A stretch of DNA of 31,573 bases from Candidatus Hermodarchaeota archaeon (GTDB lineage: Archaea > Asgardarchaeota > Heimdallarchaeia > Hodarchaeales > Hodarchaeaceae), in contig JBHLKY010000029.1 in assembly GCA_048886185.1 (NCBI GenBank), positions 11,881 through 43,453 of the forward strand, in the 5' to 3' direction. This document shows positions 25,508 to 31,573 of the stretch, in pieces. Position 1 is the stretch's first letter. Every line of letters starts with the position of its first letter. Both the position numbers and the translations under genes were made by a program. The notes beneath the pieces were generated by a model, which was given only the letters and a program-made list of their open reading frames with translations, was not told the DNA's origin and ran no database searches.

Positions 25508-27223
25508 ATGTTTATAATGGATGATAGTTACTTGCCTTCTCTTTCACTAAAAGATTATCAAGAGAATCGTCAAGAACGGGGAATTTATGATAAACGTAAT
25601 GTTCTCAATGATTTGACTGGAAAAGAATGGTTATTCTCGACAAAAACAGTAATTTCAAAGGCTTTCCCTTCAATCTGGTCACAAAAAACGAGGAGTAGGA
25701 ATTATAACCCCATTCCTAATGATTTGAGTAAGGAGCTAATTGAAACATTCTCGAAACCTGGAGAAACTATTTTAGATCCTTTTGCAGGGATTGGTAGTAC
25801 ATTAATAGGGAGCTATTTTGCTAATACGTATTGTACCCCTCCTAGAAGACATTACATTGGAATCGAAAGTAATTCTGGTCTGGTAAAGATATATTATCAG
25901 TTAATTGAGAAGCTAGGTATTCCAGATCAACAAATGCTAGTTGGTGATCCCATTTCAATTCTATCGAAAGTAAAGAACAATTCGGTTGATTTCATTCTGT
26001 CTGATATCCCAATGTGGGATATTTCTAACTCAAAGGACATAGAAGACATTGGTATGGATTTTGATTTCTTTAAAAGATCCCCGATGGACGCTGTGACCCA
26101 ATGGTGTTTCTCTGTAAGTGATATCTTGTTGGAATCGGTTAAAAAGTTAAAGGAATCTAAATATTGTGTTATTTCACTTCCCAATGGACTTTATGATCAG
26201 AACAATGGAAAATACGAATTTCCCCCAATGAATTTTGCTCTTTCAGGGCTTTTAGCTCATTCTCTTCAAAATATTGGGCTTATTCTCAAAGCTGAGAGAA
26301 TTTGGTTTGATATAAATTCTAATACATTCTATAAGTCATTGTGTCGTCGTTTTCTAGTTTTTCGGAAGGAATCTGCTTTTAAGCTTCATCAAGACCATAT
26401 TCCTGACTTTTTTAACGGGAATATTTTAATAGGAGATACCCACATTATACACAAGTCATTTCCGCCATCATTTAATCATAAGCTTCGAAGTAAGCATGGT
26501 GGAATGAAACCTCCAGAGCTAGCTCAGATTCTGATTGAAAAATATCTGACAGATCCAGAATCAGTCATATTAGATCCTTTTGCGGGAGTTGGAGGAACCT
26601 TACTGGGAGCTAGTTTATCTGGACGAAAAGCTATTGGAATAGATATTAATGAACGTTGGAAAGCTATTTATCTTCAGGTTTCTCAGGAAAATGAATTCAA
26701 ACCTCAGAAGTTTATTGTAGGAGATTCGCGGCAGGTTGTTGATACAGAGATCATGGATAACACTATTGGTTTGATCTTAACCGATGTTCCCTATTGGGCA
26801 ATGGATAAACTTCAAAAAACACGAGGTCGTTTTTCAAAAGCGGGAGAGGAATCACGGGACAAATTACCTTCCCCTCTTCATCGTTTCAACCGAACCTCAA
26901 TTCTTACAATTGACCAATGGCTTGAATTGTTAAATACCGTCTTTAGTAAAAGTTATCCAAAACTTATTGCGGGAAAGTATTTGGTGGTATTCATTGGTAA
27001 TATGTATCGAACCATCAAAGAAGAAAGAAAAAATAAAGTCAAGAAGGTAGGAAAATACCTATTTTTATCATCTATGCTAGCTAGGGTTTTGCAAAATATT
27101 GGATTTCAGTTTGAACATGAAATTATATGGTATTCTCCTGATAAAGCCTTACATGTCTTTGGATATCCATTCTCCTATATTCCCAGTGTAGTCCATCAGA
27201 GTATTCTTGTTTTTAAGAAGTGA
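25508..27223 (+). CDS. Tandem-duplicated N6/N4 amino-methyltransferase (DNA methylase/Trm11-like superfamily)
   Basis: Two copies each of ILDPFAG(I/V)G, IGI(E/D), a motif-IV-like segment (SDIPMW; TDVPYW), LQNIG..E.IW and LVF(R/K)K. Confidence 0.85.
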   Translation: MFIMDDSYLPSLSLKDYQENRQERGIYDKRNVLNDLTGKEWLFSTKTVISKAFPSIWSQKTRSRNYNPIPNDLSKELIETFSKPGETILDPFAGIGSTLIGSYFANTYCTPPRRHYIGIESNSGLVKIYYQLIEKLGIPDQQMLVGDPISILSKVKNNSVDFILSDIPMWDISNSKDIEDIGMDFDFFKRSPMDAVTQWCFSVSDILLESVKKLKESKYCVISLPNGLYDQNNGKYEFPPMNFALSGLLAHSLQNIGLILKAERIWFDINSNTFYKSLCRRFLVFRKESAFKLHQDHIPDFFNGNILIGDTHIIHKSFPPSFNHKLRSKHGGMKPPELAQILIEKYLTDPESVILDPFAGVGGTLLGASLSGRKAIGIDINERWKAIYLQVSQENEFKPQKFIVGDSRQVVDTEIMDNTIGLILTDVPYWAMDKLQKTRGRFSKAGEESRDKLPSPLHRFNRTSILTIDQWLELLNTVFSKSYPKLIAGKYLVVFIGNMYRTIKEERKNKVKKVGKYLFLSSMLARVLQNIGFQFEHEIIWYSPDKALHVFGYPFSYIPSVVHQSILVFKK

Positions 27224-27271
27224 ATATAGGAAGGAAATTAAAGTCAATATACTTCCTGAAAAATATTCTTC

Positions 27272-29200
27272 TTAATCCTTCTTACGATTCTTAATAAGAA
27301 GGCTTATCGCTAAGATGGAAATTACTAACATAAATCCCGTAATTGGAGAAGGACTATTATCCATGCTTGATGAATTAGTAGAACTATTCAGAATGATTGA
27401 AAATGGTTCTGAGAAAGCAATACCGCTGCTGGTTTCATTAAAAAAGTGATATTTTATCCGATACGTATTGTTACCTGCTGAAAGACCTGAAATATCAATT
27501 GCTAACGCTTCCCAGAAATTAGTTTGAAGATTAAAGGTTAAATCACCATTTATTCCTGTAGAATCCCCCGATTCACTTATAATTTCATAAGTAGCGCCGT
27601 CAGCGTCATGCCAGTAGAATCCATTCTGATCATTAACCTGTATATTCCGAATATCGAGAGAAAGTTTACTAGTTGAGTAAGTTACATCACCTGATGAGAT
27701 GATTATCCCCATAGGATTCATTATAAACCAATAATCTTGTGCTGGGGCAGGATCATCATCATTGTGATCTAAATCACCTAATTTTGTATGAGAGCTGATT
27801 GCTAGGACAATCTCATCTGCTGAAAGGCCATAGGTTTCGAGTGAAAAATTTCCATATTGACCAGGGGAAAGTTCAATTGGCACAACTTTAGTATTGAAAG
27901 GAAAGGATGTCGTATTAGTGAAGATAGCTGTGACCAGAAATCTTGAGGTACGATCCCCCTGAAATTCTAGGTTGAAAGGTAATCCAAGTCGATTATTAAA
28001 CTTGAAGTAATCTGTACCCCAATAAGGAACCGAATTCTCATTTCGGGAGATAGCTGATGTATAAAACTCTCCTTCTAAAGAGCTATCGGACATAATGCGA
28101 GAAGTGTTGTAATATCCATATGCTCCGCCTGCAAATGAGGTATCATCCAGATAATTCGCTATCGTCCAGTTTCTAAAAACTTCTTTAAATTGTGCGGTGT
28201 AACCCTCCTCTTGGAGTGCGTACATGACACTAACTGCACTATTCGCTGACTGATTGACTATTTTTTGAATAATACTGGCACCACCATAATGTTCTGCTAG
28301 ATAAAGGAAAAAAGCATAAGCTGCCGCATAATTCGCCATGACCAAACCTTGGCTATCGTAATAATCCCAGTAAGTGAGTGATACGTGAGGATTAGAACGG
28401 AATTTTAGTAAGTAATCGTCATCAGCAAAAGGATCCTCTCCAATGAGAAATTCAGCAAACATAGAGGCTCCTTCATCCAACCAAATATTTTCATCATCAT
28501 CATGAACAAAATGAATCATGTGTTGAAACTCATGTGCGATTGTCTCGAAATCCCCCGCATTAAGTTGTGATAGCCCCTGATTACCATCAATGTGTATAAT
28601 CTCTGCCTCATTACTGTATTTTTGGCTAGGAGTAAGATCTTTATTTAAATATTGGTTCAATGCGTAGAAAAAACCAGCAACATACTGTCCTGAACCCAAC
28701 CCATCAATTATATCGAATACGAGAATGATAATTTTATGATTTCCATCTAAATCTGAAGGAGAACCATAAAATTCCTGAAGAGACGGATAGATAACTCTTT
28801 CAAATGAGCGATTCATATTTTGAAACATCGGATCAAGAGATGATGAAAGATCTGAGTATATCAAACAATGTGGGCCTTCGACTCTTAACGTAACATTGAT
28901 TTGATAATGATCCATAGTTTCAATATTTGGAACCCAAAAGAGTCTAGACTCTCCTACACTTTGGGTAGTCTGAAGATTTGAAGTTGAAGTCTCTTGTTGG
29001 GGAGTTTTGACACTCTTTTGAGATATTTCAGATGATGGATTCGTATTAACGGTATATTGAGGATTGAATTCACTATCAGCTTGAATTGGTGGGGAGTTGT
29101 TGATCCCATTGTTAACCTCAGTCGACACGATAAACATTGACCTTCCTGTTGCGCATATTATTAGTAACAGGAACAGTGATATAATTTTTAAGTAATCCAA
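27272..29200 (-). CDS. Secreted zinc metalloprotease (M30 hyicolysin/M6 immune inhibitor A-like) with C-terminal anchor
   Basis: TIAHEFQHMIH..WLDEGASMFAE; DLDGNHKIIIL and YSNEAEIIHID. TTG start after GGTGA. S/N-rich linker, ITGF, TM helix and KNRKKD at the C-terminus. Confidence 0.85.
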   Translation of the reverse strand: MDYLKIISLFLLLIICATGRSMFIVSTEVNNGINNSPPIQADSEFNPQYTVNTNPSSEISQKSVKTPQQETSTSNLQTTQSVGESRLFWVPNIETMDHYQINVTLRVEGPHCLIYSDLSSSLDPMFQNMNRSFERVIYPSLQEFYGSPSDLDGNHKIIILVFDIIDGLGSGQYVAGFFYALNQYLNKDLTPSQKYSNEAEIIHIDGNQGLSQLNAGDFETIAHEFQHMIHFVHDDDENIWLDEGASMFAEFLIGEDPFADDDYLLKFRSNPHVSLTYWDYYDSQGLVMANYAAAYAFFLYLAEHYGGASIIQKIVNQSANSAVSVMYALQEEGYTAQFKEVFRNWTIANYLDDTSFAGGAYGYYNTSRIMSDSSLEGEFYTSAISRNENSVPYWGTDYFKFNNRLGLPFNLEFQGDRTSRFLVTAIFTNTTSFPFNTKVVPIELSPGQYGNFSLETYGLSADEIVLAISSHTKLGDLDHNDDDPAPAQDYWFIMNPMGIIISSGDVTYSTSKLSLDIRNIQVNDQNGFYWHDADGATYEIISESGDSTGINGDLTFNLQTNFWEALAIDISGLSAGNNTYRIKYHFFNETSSGIAFSEPFSIILNSSTNSSSMDNSPSPITGFMLVISILAISLLIKNRKKD

Positions 29201-29297
29201 GGTTTCTTGTCACCATTGAATCAGATTAATTTGTTTTTTTCTTTGAAGTGGAGTTTATAATTGTATGCTAATGTACCTATTGAAATTGATATCGAAA

Positions 29298-29337
29298 TGA
29301 AACCTTTATGAACAAGCTGAAATTAAACAAGGTTTCA
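29298..29337. other. 9-22-9 inverted repeat between the ABC ATPase and protease genes
   Basis: TGAAACCTT..AAGGTTTCA; possible hairpin or operator. Confidence 0.25.
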
Positions 29338-29384
29338 AAGGATGAATAATGTGTTCTATTACTCTAGAGCGCGAGGGAGAGTTT

Positions 29385-30083
29385 TTATAAGTAGGAATCT
29401 GAAATAATATAGCCATCCTCCATTTTAATTAGTCGCATTCCTGTTTTTAGCATCCCCTCGTCATGAGTTACACATACAATTGTTTTCTTATGAGACTGAT
29501 TTAGGGATCTTAACAGAGTCATGATTTCACCACCTATTGCTGAATCTAGATCACCTGTGGGTTCATCAGCAAGAATTACCTCAGGATCGTTGGCTAGAGA
29601 ACGTGCAATCCCAACTCGTTGTTTCTCTCCTCCAGAAAGTTCGTGAGGTAAATGATGTTTTCGATTTTCTAGGTTGACCAACTTGAGTAGCTCTAAAGCA
29701 CGATACTCACGGTGTTTTCGCTTGACTCCACTAATCAACATGGGTAGTTCAACATTTTCCATAGCAGTAAGGATCGGATGGAGGTTGAAAAACTGAAATA
29801 CAAATCCTAGCTTGTGTCGTCGTAGATCACATAATTCACGGTCACTCAAAGTCGCTAAGTCTTTTTGATGAATGCGAACCGTGCCTGTAGATGGCTGTTC
29901 AAGCCCTGCCATGACATTTATCAGTGTAGATTTTCCGCTCCCAGAAGGGCCCATTACCATGATAAATTCCTCCTTAAGGATGGACAAATTTATATTATTA
30001 AGAGCATCAATAGTGTGGGTTCCAAGAGTGTACCTCTGATTCACATTTTCCAGTTCAATAAACGATTTATTTCCTTCAGACAT
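29385..30083 (-). CDS. LolD/MacB-type ABC ATPase
   Basis: [38 protein letters not shown] and VTHD. ATG 30083 follows GAGGTGA and overlaps the upstream stop (ATGTCTGA). Confidence 0.93.
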   Translation of the reverse strand: MSEGNKSFIELENVNQRYTLGTHTIDALNNINLSILKEEFIMVMGPSGSGKSTLINVMAGLEQPSTGTVRIHQKDLATLSDRELCDLRRHKLGFVFQFFNLHPILTAMENVELPMLISGVKRKHREYRALELLKLVNLENRKHHLPHELSGGEKQRVGIARSLANDPEVILADEPTGDLDSAIGGEIMTLLRSLNQSHKKTIVCVTHDEGMLKTGMRLIKMEDGYIISDSYL

Positions 30084-30951
30084 TTTCAAAGTCACCTCGA
30101 ACTGGAATTAGTGTAGCAAATCCTTCTCTCATTTTAATTTGCACATGGTTTTTGATTCCTGCTTGATGACGAATTTCGTCTGGGATTCGAAGGTTACCGT
30201 GATCATCAACGTATATCACTTCTTCTCGGATTGAAAGAGAAGTTGTTGGGTCTATTGCACGGTGTAATCCTACTATTCTTCCATCCATAATTCGCATGGC
30301 CTTGTTTGTCATATTAGCAAATCTATGGTCATGGGTGACCACAATAAAGGTTTTTCCAAGATTTTTATTCAATAACTTGAAATATTCGATGATTTTAAAA
30401 GTTGTAACGCTATCTAACTCGCCAGTTGGTTCATCTGCGAGGACGATGTCAGGATCATTAGCTAATGCTACAGCAATACCTGCACGTTGGGCTTCTCCTC
30501 CAGACAGCTGTGGTGGCTTGTGGTTAACACGTCCTTCTAATCCAACATCTTTTAACAATTGCTCTGCTCGGTGTTTTTGTTCACCGTAAGTCCATTTTCC
30601 CGAGAGCTTCATTGGCAGCATTACATTCTTTAGCGCATTAAGGCTCCATACTAAATTCCGTTCAGGTAATTGGTATAAGAAACCTACTTGATGACGCCGA
30701 TACAAGGTTAATTGTCGTCTAGTCATTTTAGTAATGATTTTATCTCCTAAAATAATTTCTCCTGATGATGGACGATCAATTCCTCCTACAAGATTCACTA
30801 ATGTGCTCTTCCCAGAACCACTGGGGCCAATAATAGCTATTAGATCTCCCTCGTTGGCCGTGAGTTCAATTCCCCGTAATGCAGGAACTTGAATCTTGCT
30901 TTGCTCGTCCATATATAATTTTATTAGATCTTTACACTCAAGAAACGCCAT
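30076..30951 (-). CDS. LolD/MacB-type ABC ATPase with C-terminal AbrB-like swapped-hairpin extension
   Basis: [17 protein letters not shown] and LADEPTGELD; tail VIYVDDHGNLRIPDEIRHQAGIKNHVQI. Confidence 0.9.
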   Translation of the reverse strand: MAFLECKDLIKLYMDEQSKIQVPALRGIELTANEGDLIAIIGPSGSGKSTLVNLVGGIDRPSSGEIILGDKIITKMTRRQLTLYRRHQVGFLYQLPERNLVWSLNALKNVMLPMKLSGKWTYGEQKHRAEQLLKDVGLEGRVNHKPPQLSGGEAQRAGIAVALANDPDIVLADEPTGELDSVTTFKIIEYFKLLNKNLGKTFIVVTHDHRFANMTNKAMRIMDGRIVGLHRAIDPTTSLSIREEVIYVDDHGNLRIPDEIRHQAGIKNHVQIKMREGFATLIPVRGDFENV

Positions 30952-30955
30952 GAAG

Positions 30956-31573
30956 TCATTCCACCTTTAATATCTTACTGATATCCTTTCTCGTGGCCAT
31001 ATAGGCAGGAATGATGGTTCCTATCGAAGCTGAAATGAAGATTCCAAGTAATATTTGGATTAATAATGCAGTAGGATATGTAACCACAAGTGGTGGGATT
31101 GATTCCCCAAATTGGGTTATCTGGAGGAACATTGTGACAAAGTATACTCCAGTGAAGTATCCGATAATGGAACCAAAGGATAAAATTGTTGCTGCTTCTA
31201 CGAGAAACGATTGTGCTGTTTGAAATTGAGTCATACCGAGGGCTCGTTCTACCCCAATTTCTTTACCTCGTTCAACGTACGTAAAAAAGGCGAACATGAT
31301 TACTCCAATAATTGCCACTGTAAGACAGACGACAAGGTCGGAATTCAGTATTGAAAGTGAAAAACGTCTTCCAAAACCCTCTTTGTATTCTTTGTATGAG
31401 AGAGCGGGCGATTCTGGAGTGATTCCTGTAACATTGTATATTCTTTCTATGGTCTCATCAATATTATCCGTTGAGGCAATTTTTACCTGATATTTGGCTT
31501 TCATTCCTTCAAAATAATTCGATAGGTTGAATCGGTCAAACATTCCTAAACTTCCAACACCCCAAAAATTACG
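30956..31573 (-). CDS. FtsX-family ABC permease, C-terminal part (5' end beyond window)
   Basis: The frame is open from 31543 to the window end (RNFWGVGSLG precedes the track's Met). ERGKEIGVERALGM and three TMs. Confidence 0.88.
   Translation of the reverse strand, partial: RNFWGVGSLGMFDRFNLSNYFEGMKAKYQVKIASTDNIDETIERIYNVTGITPESPALSYKEYKEGFGRRFSLSILNSDLVVCLTVAIIGVIMFAFFTYVERGKEIGVERALGMTQFQTAQSFLVEAATILSFGSIIGYFTGVYFVTMFLQITQFGESIPPLVVTYPTALLIQILLGIFISASIGTIIPAYMATRKDISKILKVE

Noticed and set aside
25508-29200. Restriction-modification or other defence system
   Set aside because: No endonuclease, specificity subunit or helicase lies next to the methyltransferase. Its neighbours are ligase, a Zn finger and a convergent surface protease.
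456-31490. Other short ORF-track entries nested in or antisense to long genes (e.g. 456-671, 1457-1663, 4690-4875, 5498-5734, 6243-6581, 12283-12621, 14902-15147, 17939-18172, 25134-25382, 29865-30116, 30296-30589, 31011-31490)
   Set aside because: They are shadow ORFs of well-supported genes with no independent evidence.
1-31573. CRISPR array, IS element, rRNA or long DNA tandem repeat
   Set aside because: On reading I found no regularly spaced direct repeats, transposase motifs or rRNA signature sequences. A computational self-dotplot was not possible.

Overview
This is AT-rich archaeal chromosomal DNA. The tRNA-Tyr has C1-G72 and a 37/38 intron, and there is an archaeal ATP-dependent ligase, a DUF4443 protein, an MJ1487-type B12 radical SAM enzyme and GGTGA/GAGG ribosome-binding sites. 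An Asgard (Heimdallarchaeia/Hodarchaeales-like) origin is my inference from gene content. Left to right: (i) a surface-glycosylation/export block (partial GT4, SAM methyltransferase, two GT-C membrane glycosyltransferases flanking two FtsX/MacB-type permeases, one with a large beta-sandwich repeat ectodomain); (ii) a URO-D-fold protein divergent from a wHTH-DUF4443 protein; (iii) a radical SAM / TrmO / AmmeMemoRadiSam radical SAM operon; (iv) a BtuFCD-like ABC importer with a candidate operator, plus an AEC transporter; (v) two hypothetical genes and an intron-containing tRNA-Tyr(GUA); (vi) a polysaccharide deacetylase and a B12 radical SAM enzyme; (vii) DNA ligase, a B-box-like Zn finger and a tandem-duplicated amino-methyltransferase; (viii) a surface metalloprotease and a second MacB/LolD-type ABC system. 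The standout observation is the 60-nt tRNA-Tyr intron. By hand-folding it forms a complete single-hairpin archaeal H/ACA guide RNA (K-loop, bipartite pocket, ANA box 15 nt from the target), and its guide arms are complementary to the sequence around U35 of its own unspliced pre-tRNA. It is therefore a candidate intron-encoded self-guide for pseudouridine-35. I saw no CRISPR array, IS element or rRNA.
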